IMG/VR virus record: IMGVR_UViG_3300034101_000324 | Coordinates: 1-62,649 of that record | DNA: 62,649 nucleotides | Direction: 5' to 3' (one strand) | Source: a virus | Lineage: Duplodnaviria > Caudoviricetes | Part shown: in pieces, positions 46,665 through 57,540 of the stretch | Numbering within the stretch: the first letter of the stretch is position 1 | How the letters are laid out: every line of letters begins with the position of its first letter | Program-made: the position numbers and the translations under genes | The notes under the pieces: model-generated | Database searches by the model: none | What the model was told of the DNA's origin: nothing | What the model saw: the letters and a program-made list of their open reading frames with translations, nothing else

Positions 46665-49600
46665 ATGCCGGTTTACAAAATCCGTGGACCGGACGGTAAA
46701 CTTTATAGATACCGAGTAGACGCCCAAGATGTTGACCAAGAAGACGTATTAAAGTCTTTTAATCAACAGTTTTCTATTCGGTCTGCGCTTAGTGCTTTTG
46801 AACCCCCCAAGGAACAGGCGGGGTTTATTGGCTCGTTTAAGGATGCCGTTACTTCTCTTGGTCTGGCTGATGAAGCAGCGGCTTATGCTGCCAATCCTAC
46901 GGAAGAAAATCGCCAAGAGTTCCTTAAGAAAGCCGAGTCCAAGTACAAGTCCGTTGGCGGATTTGGTAAGGGCGATAACTGGGAAGCCTTTAAGGAACTG
47001 CTCGGTGGTTCACTCGGTGCGCTCGTTGCTCCTATCGTAGGTGGTGTAGCCGGTGCTGCTGCTGGCCCACTCGGTGGTATTGCTGGCTTCGCTGGTACAA
47101 GTGCTAGTCAATACAGTATCGCTAATCTCCGCCGTCAGGCTGAGCAACAACAAGCCGCTGCTGAAGCGGGTGAAGTTGTACCTGAATTGTCTCTGGGCAA
47201 AGCCGCCGCTGCATCGCTGGCACAAGCAGGACTTGATGTTGTCCCCGGTGCATTGATCTTAAAGGGTTTGAGTAAGTTCCCTGTCGCTCAGCGTTTGCTT
47301 ACCAAAGACGAGACATCAAGCAAAGCCGCACAGGTTCTTATTGATGCTTTTAATAAGGGCAACCTTTCTCTCAAGGGCAACGTAGTTAAGGGCGTGGGTC
47401 TTGGCGTTGCATTTGAAGTCCCGCAAGAAATTGCTCAGCAAGCCTTGGAGCGTTGGCAGGCAGGCTTGCCGTTGGATGACGATGAGGCCAAGGAAGAGTT
47501 CAAACAGGCTGCGATTGGTGCAGCACTCCTTGGTGGCGGATTTGGCGCGATTGGTGGGGCTGCTACGTATCGCGGAGAGCAGGCAGAAAAAGCCAGAGCA
47601 GCAGAAGCAGAGGCTGCTTCACGGCAAGAGGAAGAAATTGCGCCTCCTCCACCTCCGCCTATCACTTCTGAAGAACCGGTTACAACTGAAGATCCCGCGT
47701 TTCAACTGCAAGAACAACTGGCAGGGCTTGACCAACTACGTCAGCAAATAGACGAGGAAAGGCGGCAAGCCGAAGAAAGGCAGCAAGCTGAACAAATAGC
47801 ACAGCCCGAGCGTCGTCAATACAGTGCCCAGACGTTGCGTGAAGCAGCCGAGGCAGAGGCTCTTGCACCGCGTGATGAAGACGAACCTCCTCTATACACG
47901 CCTCCTACACGGGACGAAGAAGAACGAGTAATCCCCACTCCGTCTCGTACACCGGAGGAAGAGGCTGAATTAACTGAAGACATGTTTGCTGACGCTCGTG
48001 AATACGATGCGGAACGCGCTGCTACTGCGGGGGTCATGGAAGGTCTGGGTGCGCCCACGGAGGGTGGCATCCCTGCGGAGATGTTTGAGGTTCCGGCTGT
48101 TACTCCTGTTGAGCCAGCCACGCCTGCTCCGCGCGAGATTGCGCTTGAAGTTATCAAAACGACCCCGACTATCAAGGCTGTTGCTGAAGCAACAGGACTT
48201 AACCAACCCCAAGCCGCTGCATTGATGCGGCAATTTGTTGACGAGGGGCTGCTTGAACGAAAAGGAAGCAAGTTTAAGTTCGTTACTCCCGAACTTACCG
48301 CTCAGCCGGAGGCTACCGATGTATCAGGCGCAACAGTTACTACTACAGAGACTGACGGTGGAGCAGGTCGAGGAAGCCCTGACCTGTTTACATTGGGACC
48401 GCCAGCCGGAGAACTCGGTGCTCCGCCAACTAGAGGCGCAGGACTGGCTGCTACTGGCGACGTTACTGAACGGGTTGATGACCGAGAAAGAGATGTATCC
48501 CCTACACTAGAGGCTGACCTTGAGGGTCTTGGCCTTGAAGGGTTTGGTGCGCCTACCGATACCGGTTTGCCTCCTCGTAAACTTGAGGGCTACCTTGCTG
48601 AAAGGCAGAAAGTCCGCGATCTTAAAGATCGTGCCGTTGCTTTCATCCGCGAGACTGGTAAGGGTTCAGCCACGGAACTTCAAGCGGCGCTTAGTATCCC
48701 GCTCAGTCAGGCCAAGTCGTTGCGTAGTGCGCTCCTTGGTAGCGGTCAGGTAGTACAGAAAACCAACGTCAAGGCTGCAAAAACTGCCGGTCGCAGTTAC
48801 TTCGTCGTTGAAGGGGATTACACACCATCTGGTCAATTTGCTCCCCGCGAGGCGGCTGTAACTGAAACACGCCGAGAGCCTGTTGCAGAGACGGGTCTTG
48901 AAGAACTTGGTCTTGAGGGCGCACCCGCCGAGGCTGGTCTACCGCCCCAGATGCTTGATAGTTACTTCGCTGAACAACGTCTTGAAGAGGCACGGCAGCG
49001 TGCCACAGGTAGATTGCTTGGCGAAGGCACTGTATCTGAGACCGAACGTATTCAGCGTGAGGCAGATAAGGCTGCTGAACTTGCTCCTGAACCTAAACTT
49101 AAGCCGACTTGGAAAGGTACGCCAAAAGAAGTTTTGGCCGAAGAAACTCGCCGTGCATTTGCCGATCTTGAAGCAGCGCAGGCAGCGGCCAAGAGAAAGC
49201 CGGAAGCAGCAGGGCAGCAAGGTCTTGATCTTGTGGGTGGCAAGGGCCGTCCCACGCTCAGCGATGCAGAGAAGCGCATTGTTGCAGACATAAAGTCGGC
49301 GGCAGAATTTCTTGTTCAGACAGGAAAAATGTCTGTTGATCAAGTTGATAAATTCAATGCCGAAATGCGTAAGCCTGCCCCTGATGTAGGCAAGTTACGG
49401 AAGATGGTTGATGACATATCAACCAAAGAGACAGACATTGAAGTTGAAGAACAGCAGGATCTTGATGAGTCAGGATTCATCATCTCTGAAAACTTCAAAG
49501 AAGACGCTGATAACTCAAGTGCGCTTAGTGATGAGCGCGGTGCGGGAGAAACAGGACGGCCACGAGCAGGGCGTCCGCTAGACTTTAACGAGCAGATTAT

Positions 49601-52600
49601 TTACTTCCGCAACAAGGCGCTCAATAGGTTCAAGAAGCGTAAGAGTCTGACGAAGGGATTAAAGGCTGACACTGTCAGGTCGTTGATTGGCAAGTTCACG
49701 GCTGGCTGGAAGAATCCGCCCAACTTTATTGTTGTGCAGTCGCACCTTGATCTGCCGCAAGAACTTGATTCCGAGACTAACGAAGACAGTATGGGTTTGG
49801 CGAGTGGTAATGATGTTTACATCATTGCAGACAACATCGGTCTGCCGTCTGATCTGAAGGCTGTGGTATTCCACGAATCACTCGGTCACTACGGTCTTGA
49901 GCAGTTGTTTGGGGAGAGACTTCTCCAGACTATGCTGGATATCTACAACACGAACAATCGTGTTCGTGCCGATGCCGATGCGTGGCTTGAAGAGAACCCG
50001 AACGTATATCCGGAGAGCGAGTTCACACAGGATGAGCGCAGAGCGGCGGCAGCGGAAGAAGTCTTTGCCGAGATGTCAGAAGGTGGCCCGATTGCCAACT
50101 CGCAGTATCGCGCTGCGTTCAACCGTGTTGCTGCCCTGATTCGTAAGTTCGCCCGTGCCTTGAGCCAACTGGTTGGCCGAGACGTTGCTTACAGCAACCG
50201 CGAAATCCAAGACATCATCACGCAGGCTCACAACAAGGTTATCAGCGGAAAGACCCGCTTTGTACCGCGTTACAACAACATCCGGTACATGAAGAAGTGG
50301 TACAACCGCACGCTGACTAATGCAATGGGGCAAGCCCAGAACGCACCGGAAGCAACCCGAGAGATACTAACTGGCACGGTCGACTCGCTCAGTAATGTGC
50401 CTAACTCGTTGCGTAACGCGAAGCTGGCTACGTTCTCAATGCACCATATGATGCAGTTATTTGAGAAGTACGCACCGGCTTTCCGTGCCCTGAACAACTT
50501 GGTCGAAAGAAAAGCCTACGACTCCACAAGAGAGATGGTGGAGTTCACCAAGCAGGCAAGTAAGTACCGAGAGGTTCTGCGTAACAACAGTCAGTTCGTG
50601 GATGAGTTCAACAAGATCGCGCACCTAATTAACCTGTCTCAGGCTCCGGTGCTTGAGGAACAGTTGAACGCGAACGGAGACTTTGAGCGTTTCGTCCCGA
50701 ACGTAGCAGCGCAGCGGATGCGTAATATCCCTGCGAATAGCGCGGCGTATAGCGCCCTGACACCTGATGAGAAAGTTCTGCACGAAGCAGTCAATCGGTT
50801 CTATGCGTTGCCGACTGATGTTCAGCAGGTAATTGCTGACATATACACCGATTACAGGAACTACAGCGACAATGCGTTCAAGATTAAACTGACGCAGTTG
50901 ATGAACAGGCTCCCTGCCAACATCATTGCAGGCATTAAGGCCAACTTCCAGAACAACCGGTTGAAGTTCTATCTGCCCCTGCCACGCGAGGGTATGTACA
51001 AACTTGTCTATTTGGATAACAACGGCACGCGAGTCAGTCAGTTGTTTGACAGTATGGCTGGGCGGGATAACGCCGAGAGGCAGGTGCGTGCTCAAGGCAT
51101 GACTGTCCTTGATGAACCCAAGGTGCTGCGCCAGAGAAATTATGGCGACTCTAATTTGCCGCCGGGATTGCTCAAGGAACTTCTTGAGAACGTGCAGGAC
51201 TCCCTGACTAGAGCCGGTGTAGCCACTGCCGATATTGAGAACGCCAAAGAGACGGTGTTTGATACGTTCGTCGAGTTCATGCCGGGTGCTTACGGCAACG
51301 ATCTGCGCCAAGAAATAAGCTCGCGTAAGACTTTCATGCTCAACAATACGATGTATTACGGACGCCTTGGTTACGATGAAGATGTCATGGCTGCGTATGA
51401 GAAGCGCATTCCGGGCATCATTTATCAAATCAACAATCTTAAGTACACGATGCCCTTTGAGAAGGTCAGGAAACTAATCAAGGAGCAGTTGAACACGTAT
51501 CGCGCCAACAAGGGCGCACCTGCTTATGCAGGGTTGCCGGATCTAGATGATCCGTACCTTGAGTCGCTGCGTGAGGACTTGGATTCTCGAGTCACGTTTG
51601 CCAAGAAGTTGCAGCAATACTCGCCGTACGTTTACACCATCTCCAAGGCTAACTACATCTACAGTATTGCGCTGAACATCTCTTCAGCCCTGATTAACAC
51701 GACCATTCTTCCCATGATGGCGTGGCCGACACTCGCCGCCAAGTATGGCCCTGTTAATGCTTCGCGTGCCGTGGGGCAGGCAATTCAGTTGTTCTTCAAG
51801 CACTCGTACCGCGATCCGCAAACCGGTAGGTTGAGCTTTGACTACAAGCGTTTGGCCGATATGCCCGCCTCGTTTGGTGGCGACAATATGCCTGCTGCTT
51901 ACGCGCAGACGGCGCACGGACGTGAGTTCAATCGCTTCTTCCGTACGTTGTTGGCTAGATCTGTAGTGGGAACTGCTGCTGAACAAGAACTGATTCAGGC
52001 AGAGAACATTACTGTTCCGGGCTATGAGGGATTGAGTGCCAAGGTGAACTTGGCAATGAGCTACGTGTTCCGTAGTTCAGAGCGTATGAACCGTGAAGTC
52101 ACGGCGCTCGCTGCCTATATGCTGGCTCGTAACATCGACGTAGATGGGCAGGCATTTGATCCAAACAGGCAGGGGGTAAGTGTAGGCAAAGCATCGGAAG
52201 AGGCGATTCGTCTTAACTACGATGTCAACGGAGCCACCACGCCTGAGACGAACAGCCGGTTGTACCAGACGGACATTGGTCGTATCGCTCTTACGTTCAG
52301 AACTCACGCTCTGAACATGATCTTGAACCTTGCCTTCTCGTTCAATCAGGCGATTGAGACTATTAATGCGGGTCAGCCGAACGAAGCCGAACGTAGATTA
52401 GTGCGCTCTGTCGCACGCAAGAAATTGCTGTACATCTTTGGCTCTACGTATATGTTGGCAGGCATCAAGGGTCTGCCCCTCTTTGGCGCTGCCGAAGTAC
52501 TTGCATCTCTCATAATGGGCGATGACGACGAACCGTATGATCTTGAACAAATGGTGTTGGATTCAGTAGGCACGTTGGGATTGAACGGCCCGGTCAACGA

Positions 52601-53273
52601 GTTGTTGAACGTGGATATTGCTTCTAGAACTGGTTTCTATGGCCTTCTGTGGCGCGATGATCCGAAGCGATTGGCAGAGGTAGGTGTACCTGTGTACATC
52701 TTGGAGCGTCTGGCAGGGCCGACCTACGGACTGGTTGAAGCCGCTCGTCGTGGGTTTAACGATCTTGCTGACGGAGAACTAGTCCGTGCAAGCGAGGCGC
52801 TAACGCCTGCCCCCATACGTAACATGATTAAGGGTATGCGTTACGGTATTGAAGGCGCTCAGACCCGCGATGGTTTGCCCATCGTTGAAGACGTTAATGC
52901 GTATAACTCAATGATGCAGATTTTGGGTTTTGCCCCGGCAGATTTGGCGGTGGCGCAGGCGCAGAGAGGTGCGACCTATCAGGTTAGTGAAAAATTGAAG
53001 AATCGTCGTGTCGCCCTTTTGACGAATCTTTATGCCGCACGAAAGGCGGGTAATGCAGAGGGGATGGAGAAGGCGCTTGAAGATATTCAAGCATTTAACG
53101 AAGCCAATCCGTCTTACAGAATTACGGGTGACACCATCACGAAGTCGTACAGCGAACGTGAACGCAGAGCAAGAGAAGCACTTATGGGCGTCTACCAGCC
53201 AAGAAATCTGCGTATCGCTACGTCTCAGTATGTAACGGATCTTAATGCAGAGGACGAAGACGCCTTCTTCTAG
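46665..53273 (+). CDS. Large (2202 aa) polyvalent internal virion protein with zincin-like metallopeptidase domain
   Basis: HESLGHYGL...AEEVFAE; two wHTH-like segments; last gene of the structural arm. Confidence 0.75.
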   Translation: MPVYKIRGPDGKLYRYRVDAQDVDQEDVLKSFNQQFSIRSALSAFEPPKEQAGFIGSFKDAVTSLGLADEAAAYAANPTEENRQEFLKKAESKYKSVGGFGKGDNWEAFKELLGGSLGALVAPIVGGVAGAAAGPLGGIAGFAGTSASQYSIANLRRQAEQQQAAAEAGEVVPELSLGKAAAASLAQAGLDVVPGALILKGLSKFPVAQRLLTKDETSSKAAQVLIDAFNKGNLSLKGNVVKGVGLGVAFEVPQEIAQQALERWQAGLPLDDDEAKEEFKQAAIGAALLGGGFGAIGGAATYRGEQAEKARAAEAEAASRQEEEIAPPPPPPITSEEPVTTEDPAFQLQEQLAGLDQLRQQIDEERRQAEERQQAEQIAQPERRQYSAQTLREAAEAEALAPRDEDEPPLYTPPTRDEEERVIPTPSRTPEEEAELTEDMFADAREYDAERAATAGVMEGLGAPTEGGIPAEMFEVPAVTPVEPATPAPREIALEVIKTTPTIKAVAEATGLNQPQAAALMRQFVDEGLLERKGSKFKFVTPELTAQPEATDVSGATVTTTETDGGAGRGSPDLFTLGPPAGELGAPPTRGAGLAATGDVTERVDDRERDVSPTLEADLEGLGLEGFGAPTDTGLPPRKLEGYLAERQKVRDLKDRAVAFIRETGKGSATELQAALSIPLSQAKSLRSALLGSGQVVQKTNVKAAKTAGRSYFVVEGDYTPSGQFAPREAAVTETRREPVAETGLEELGLEGAPAEAGLPPQMLDSYFAEQRLEEARQRATGRLLGEGTVSETERIQREADKAAELAPEPKLKPTWKGTPKEVLAEETRRAFADLEAAQAAAKRKPEAAGQQGLDLVGGKGRPTLSDAEKRIVADIKSAAEFLVQTGKMSVDQVDKFNAEMRKPAPDVGKLRKMVDDISTKETDIEVEEQQDLDESGFIISENFKEDADNSSALSDERGAGETGRPRAGRPLDFNEQIIYFRNKALNRFKKRKSLTKGLKADTVRSLIGKFTAGWKNPPNFIVVQSHLDLPQELDSETNEDSMGLASGNDVYIIADNIGLPSDLKAVVFHESLGHYGLEQLFGERLLQTMLDIYNTNNRVRADADAWLEENPNVYPESEFTQDERRAAAAEEVFAEMSEGGPIANSQYRAAFNRVAALIRKFARALSQLVGRDVAYSNREIQDIITQAHNKVISGKTRFVPRYNNIRYMKKWYNRTLTNAMGQAQNAPEATREILTGTVDSLSNVPNSLRNAKLATFSMHHMMQLFEKYAPAFRALNNLVERKAYDSTREMVEFTKQASKYREVLRNNSQFVDEFNKIAHLINLSQAPVLEEQLNANGDFERFVPNVAAQRMRNIPANSAAYSALTPDEKVLHEAVNRFYALPTDVQQVIADIYTDYRNYSDNAFKIKLTQLMNRLPANIIAGIKANFQNNRLKFYLPLPREGMYKLVYLDNNGTRVSQLFDSMAGRDNAERQVRAQGMTVLDEPKVLRQRNYGDSNLPPGLLKELLENVQDSLTRAGVATADIENAKETVFDTFVEFMPGAYGNDLRQEISSRKTFMLNNTMYYGRLGYDEDVMAAYEKRIPGIIYQINNLKYTMPFEKVRKLIKEQLNTYRANKGAPAYAGLPDLDDPYLESLREDLDSRVTFAKKLQQYSPYVYTISKANYIYSIALNISSALINTTILPMMAWPTLAAKYGPVNASRAVGQAIQLFFKHSYRDPQTGRLSFDYKRLADMPASFGGDNMPAAYAQTAHGREFNRFFRTLLARSVVGTAAEQELIQAENITVPGYEGLSAKVNLAMSYVFRSSERMNREVTALAAYMLARNIDVDGQAFDPNRQGVSVGKASEEAIRLNYDVNGATTPETNSRLYQTDIGRIALTFRTHALNMILNLAFSFNQAIETINAGQPNEAERRLVRSVARKKLLYIFGSTYMLAGIKGLPLFGAAEVLASLIMGDDDEPYDLEQMVLDSVGTLGLNGPVNELLNVDIASRTGFYGLLWRDDPKRLAEVGVPVYILERLAGPTYGLVEAARRGFNDLADGELVRASEALTPAPIRNMIKGMRYGIEGAQTRDGLPIVEDVNAYNSMMQILGFAPADLAVAQAQRGATYQVSEKLKNRRVALLTNLYAARKAGNAEGMEKALEDIQAFNEANPSYRITGDTITKSYSERERRAREALMGVYQPRNLRIATSQYVTDLNAEDEDAFF

Positions 53274-53482
53274 GCTACGCGCCAAACCCTCACGCCAAGG
53301 TGTCCATCCTTGGACATGGTAAAGGCTTTCACCTTGATACCATAAACCTTGGCGCGAGAGTCGACGACGTAAATCAAAGCCGCAGGTCTAACCGTAGGGA
53401 TGAAGAATGAATCCCCGACCTCCATGCCTTGAAATGGGAAGATCCATTCAGGCTCCGTGAGACTTTGATTTTGATTCTGCAA
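53270..53482 (-). CDS. Small putative DNA-binding protein
   Basis: FPFQGMEVGDSFFIP...GVRVWRV. Confidence 0.7.
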   Translation of the reverse strand: MQNQNQSLTEPEWIFPFQGMEVGDSFFIPTVRPAALIYVVDSRAKVYGIKVKAFTMSKDGHLGVRVWRVA

Positions 53483-56297
53483 TCAGTTTCTCCATCTGCT
53501 CTTTAGATGTATCTATCTTAAATGAGTAGCACTTAATGCCATTGAGAGTGCCGCCCTTCCATCCCGTAGACAGGCGCTTCTTCTCTTCAATGCCAAGGAA
53601 GATACCCTTTTTAGTTAGAACCTGTTGCATCTCAGCGGTGCTTACTTTGCAGGTCTGAATCAAGAAGTCATCAAAACTCTGTTTGGGGATAAAGAAGTGT
53701 CCAGTATCCAACTCAAGCCGTCCTTTCAACGGGCCGTAAATCTCCGTAGTGCTCACGCCACCATTGAAGATCAAAATGCCACGGTGGTACTCGTTGAAGA
53801 ACTCGGTTACCAAACCCTCGTAGTCTACGAACTGCTCTTTGACAGTCTTATCACGGATCATGATCGACCGAAGCATGACTTCATCAAACACACGGTCTAG
53901 ATCGTACTCTACAATATCAAAGTTACGTGCCAACTCTAGTGCTGCGAAGGTGGCAGCGGTAGCGTTCTCGAAGAAGCGGAACGTAATGTTCCTACCAAAC
54001 TTGGAATTAAAGATACGCTCACGCCACTTTTTTATCAGGAACTCAATATCTGCATCGGGCGTAACTATCAGATTCTTGGCAAAATCTCGCCCTGCCCATC
54101 CGTAGTTACTATTAAATGGGTCGAACACTTGCTCACCCCAACTCGGGTTCTCTTCCAAGTAGGCCGGTCTTGGTATCCGGTACTCCATGTAACGAGCCAT
54201 CTCACCGGTTGGGTTTCGCTTTGCTGCGTATAACTTATCAACCATTGATTCGTTTGAAGTCCATAAAGATATCTGTGCTGCCGATAGTTCTTGCTCACGT
54301 TCTGCATTGACGCTTGCCTGCATACGTACCTTTCCCTTGCCTTGGGAAATGGTGTGAATAAGGTTAGATAACTCTTTCGGATCTTTATCCTTAACTTCGT
54401 CGATGCCTAGCAGGATGTTCTTAAAGTTAAGGGAACGCATGACAAAGCCGTTGTCAGTGGCCTTGAACACACTTGCGTCCATAGGCGAGGCGAACACGCT
54501 GACCGCTGCAATCAACGCGCCTGTCTTCGCGCTACCGGTGTTACCCGTAAAGCAGAACGTCATGCCCTTCGTCTTGCAGAACCGCATTAACGGAGAGCCA
54601 AACGCCATACCTACAGCGAAGGCGTGCATCTCAAACTCAGGCCGGTTGAGAGCGTTCGCGCACTCCTTCCACTTCTCGTAACTGCCTCGCGGCTCCATCA
54701 TCTTGGCAACGCCGCGCACCAAGGGAGACGTAGCAGACTTACGCTCAATGCCGTTCCTGTCGTACTCAACAGAGCCAATGATGAATGCAGAGTTGTCCTC
54801 AGACCAACCCATCTGCCCACGGATCAAGTCAGCAGCAGACTGTGACTGTAAGTAATGTGCCCATTTAGTCATATAGTCCACCAACATCGGCCATAGTTTC
54901 TGGTTCGGCGGGGCGATACCCTCCTTACCCAGAACCTTTTTAAATGCGTCGAGTGAGTTGAATGCCTCCATCGACATATCAAACTCACGGATTTCATGCG
55001 GCATGACCGCACGTATAACGTATATCTCACCCGCCCCCGGACTGTACTTGCGCTTAATCGGGAAGAAGTCGCACATCGAAAGCATTACAGGAGGCGACTG
55101 TACCTTCTGCCCATCCTCGTCTATTTCTGGCGGGGGAAGGTAGTAGATTCCTCCGTTCTGTCCTCGGACAAACGGCTTGAGGAATGCGGGAAAGATCGGA
55201 ACTTCTTGGGGATTCGCTTCGATCCGAACTGCGTCCTCTTCACTAATCGTTTCGGTTGTCGGGGCTTCAATGAGTCGTCTTCCAAGACCAAGGGGGTTTG
55301 TGATCCGTCCTTTGAATGGGCATCCATCGCATCCGCCGGGGTTGAGGTCGTTGAACTTGTCGCACGAAAACGGTTTACCAAACGCTTGATTAGCCTTTCT
55401 AATAGTTGTTTCATGGTTATACTCCGGGTGATCTTCGGACATCAGGTGGATGGCGGTTTCCCAATCGGTGCAGTGCCGTGCAATCGACAGCCCTGCGTAC
55501 CACATGGGTTCTTCCAAGGTCGCTGCATTAATCAAGATGTGCTTGATCTGGGCACAGCCGTTATCGGTAACGCTCTTCTCAGCGATGTCTTGGAATGAAG
55601 TCTCGTAGTTATCAAGCCGCGCAATCTTGCGGGTATCCTCGTCCAAGCCCTTGGGCAGTGTGTCGAAGATAGTCAGTTCAACGTCGTCCTTGGTGTGTCC
55701 AAGGTAATTCTTAAATTCTTCGTACGACCATTCTTGGAAATCCGTGTCCAGAAGTTTGGTCGGCGTGGGGGGATTACGCTTGTAGTTAAGGCTGTCTGGG
55801 CAACGCAAGATACGGGCAGAGTCTGCCGTTACCGCAGGATCAATCTTCAAGTGATCAAGACATAACTTTTTGAATTTGGATGCGTAGGTTTTCCACTCCG
55901 CACTTGGTACGTCTTGATCCAGAATCCAATAGGCATGAACACCACCGCCCGAATCTACACGGACTGGTGGAGGCAGTTCAGTTACCTTTAAGAAGTCTTC
56001 TATTGCAGAGAGCGCCTCGTCCTTGCTGGCGTACTTCTTCGGGTTCTCTGGATCAACGTCCAGATCAATAAAGAAGGTTCTGCAATACTCAGCGCACTCG
56101 GCTTTCCGGCTACGCTGGCTAAACGTGTGCAGTGCTACGAATACATTTAGTTCACCTTCTTGCAGTTCGTTAACAAAGTTTTCCAGTTCGCTGAGCGACT
56201 CTGCAAACCGATGGTAGGTTCGACCGTCACGGTCGATCCCGGCTGCACAGTACAAACCCTGCGACGGTAATGCTTTCTCGTAAAATTCTTTTCGCAT
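53448..56297 (-). CDS. Primase-helicase (AEP/RepB-like primase + DUF927 helicase)
   Basis: FIDLD, VDSGGGVHAYW, RILRCP, CDGCP; P-loop GNTGSAKT, IDE. Confidence 0.88.
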   Translation of the reverse strand: MRKEFYEKALPSQGLYCAAGIDRDGRTYHRFAESLSELENFVNELQEGELNVFVALHTFSQRSRKAECAEYCRTFFIDLDVDPENPKKYASKDEALSAIEDFLKVTELPPPVRVDSGGGVHAYWILDQDVPSAEWKTYASKFKKLCLDHLKIDPAVTADSARILRCPDSLNYKRNPPTPTKLLDTDFQEWSYEEFKNYLGHTKDDVELTIFDTLPKGLDEDTRKIARLDNYETSFQDIAEKSVTDNGCAQIKHILINAATLEEPMWYAGLSIARHCTDWETAIHLMSEDHPEYNHETTIRKANQAFGKPFSCDKFNDLNPGGCDGCPFKGRITNPLGLGRRLIEAPTTETISEEDAVRIEANPQEVPIFPAFLKPFVRGQNGGIYYLPPPEIDEDGQKVQSPPVMLSMCDFFPIKRKYSPGAGEIYVIRAVMPHEIREFDMSMEAFNSLDAFKKVLGKEGIAPPNQKLWPMLVDYMTKWAHYLQSQSAADLIRGQMGWSEDNSAFIIGSVEYDRNGIERKSATSPLVRGVAKMMEPRGSYEKWKECANALNRPEFEMHAFAVGMAFGSPLMRFCKTKGMTFCFTGNTGSAKTGALIAAVSVFASPMDASVFKATDNGFVMRSLNFKNILLGIDEVKDKDPKELSNLIHTISQGKGKVRMQASVNAEREQELSAAQISLWTSNESMVDKLYAAKRNPTGEMARYMEYRIPRPAYLEENPSWGEQVFDPFNSNYGWAGRDFAKNLIVTPDADIEFLIKKWRERIFNSKFGRNITFRFFENATAATFAALELARNFDIVEYDLDRVFDEVMLRSIMIRDKTVKEQFVDYEGLVTEFFNEYHRGILIFNGGVSTTEIYGPLKGRLELDTGHFFIPKQSFDDFLIQTCKVSTAEMQQVLTKKGIFLGIEEKKRLSTGWKGGTLNGIKCYSFKIDTSKEQMEKLIAESKSKSHGA

Positions 56298-56311
56298 ACG
56301 CGCCTACAGAT

Positions 56312-56340
56312 AAAAAAGGCGGGGCGACGGCCACCCCGCC
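56312..56340 (-). terminator. Terminator-like hairpin immediately upstream of the primase-helicase
   Basis: GGCGGGGUGG-CCG-UCGCCCCGCC followed by U6. Confidence 0.7.
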
Positions 56341-56364
56341 AAACAAAGAATCGAGACCGTTAGA

Positions 56365-56673
56365 TCAAATCGATTCTCCTACCATGCTTGAGAGGTACAT
56401 CCTCGCATCAATAGCACTTTTGGCAGGGAGAGTACCTGCCTCCATGTCCTTACCGACGAGATTGATGAACGCTTCCACAGTCCTACGGTTGGACTCTCGG
56501 ATGTACTGCCCACGAAACCATTCGTAAACAGTTGTCTTCGATACCTTCAGTACCTTGGCAACGTACAAAGCCGGGAGATTGGCATCGACACACAACCTAC
56601 CCAGTTGAACGCCCAAGCGCGTAGGATCAGCGTCTCTAAGTTCCAGAAGAAACTTCTGACCGTAAGACCGCAT
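56365..56673 (-). CDS. XRE/Cro-like HTH protein
   Basis: PALYVAKVLKVSKTTVYEWFRG. Confidence 0.8.
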   Translation of the reverse strand: MRSYGQKFLLELRDADPTRLGVQLGRLCVDANLPALYVAKVLKVSKTTVYEWFRGQYIRESNRRTVEAFINLVGKDMEAGTLPAKSAIDARMYLSSMVGESI

Positions 56674-56682
56674 AACGACTCC

Positions 56683-57537
56683 TTACTTCTTCGCCCACTT
56701 CTTGACAACGTCAGTCACGTCACCGGCAGGGGCGGCATCGCTCGCCTTCTTCGATTCACGCAACTTCGGCTCTTCAAGAGCAGCGGGGCCAGTAACAATC
56801 GGGCCGTTAACCTGACCTTCATCCGTCTGGAACACGCTCAGTTTGATAGCGGTTTCTGCTGCCGCAGATTCACGCTGCTTCATGATCGTGTCGATGTCGC
56901 CTTCAGGTACAACACCAACAGGCGAGAACAGCAACTTCGGTACAGGCGACTTGGTATCGAACTGCATCTTAGTGATGACGCGACCCGCGCTGATGTCGTT
57001 GTCAGCGAGTTTCTGGATGTACGGACGGAACGGCCACTTGCCGCCCTCTTCCTTACCAAAGCAGGACGTAGCAGGCAGAACCAACTGCATAACATCGCCA
57101 CTCGGATCGTTCGGAAGAACAACAGCAGTACGCCACGACAGACGGCAGGCAGTGCCGCTACCACCCTGACCGGAGCCTTTCACAGACCACGGACACTTGT
57201 CGCAAGCCTCGGCTTGTGGGGACTTAACTTCCTTGTCAGGAACCTTGGAGTCCGTTGACCAACAGGCAGGGGCGATCTTCTCGCCTTCCTTGTACGCGCC
57301 AGAGTAATACTGGCGGCTCGCCGTGTGAGCCATACGAACGAAGATCACGTTCATGTGCCGATCTTCAATAGCACCGATTTCTTTACCACCTGCCATCTTG
57401 CGGAAAACGCCGCCCTTGATGGAGATGCGCTTGGCGAAGTTACCACCTGACCCTGCTACTGCACGGGTGTCGTCATCAACACCTCGCGGGATGTTCGCAA
57501 GTTCGCTCTTCAGACTAGCAATAATATCGTTACTCAT
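56683..57537 (-). CDS. Putative ssDNA-binding / replication protein
   Basis: RISIKGGVFR, CWS...CDKCP...GSG...AC; replication-cluster context. Confidence 0.6.
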   Translation of the reverse strand: MSNDIIASLKSELANIPRGVDDDTRAVAGSGGNFAKRISIKGGVFRKMAGGKEIGAIEDRHMNVIFVRMAHTASRQYYSGAYKEGEKIAPACWSTDSKVPDKEVKSPQAEACDKCPWSVKGSGQGGSGTACRLSWRTAVVLPNDPSGDVMQLVLPATSCFGKEEGGKWPFRPYIQKLADNDISAGRVITKMQFDTKSPVPKLLFSPVGVVPEGDIDTIMKQRESAAAETAIKLSVFQTDEGQVNGPIVTGPAALEEPKLRESKKASDAAPAGDVTDVVKKWAKK

Positions 57538-57540
57538 GGG

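Noticed and set aside
49664-49680. Additional palindrome copy GGCTGACACTGTCAGGT
   Set aside because: It has three mismatches and is isolated in the late arm, so it could be chance.
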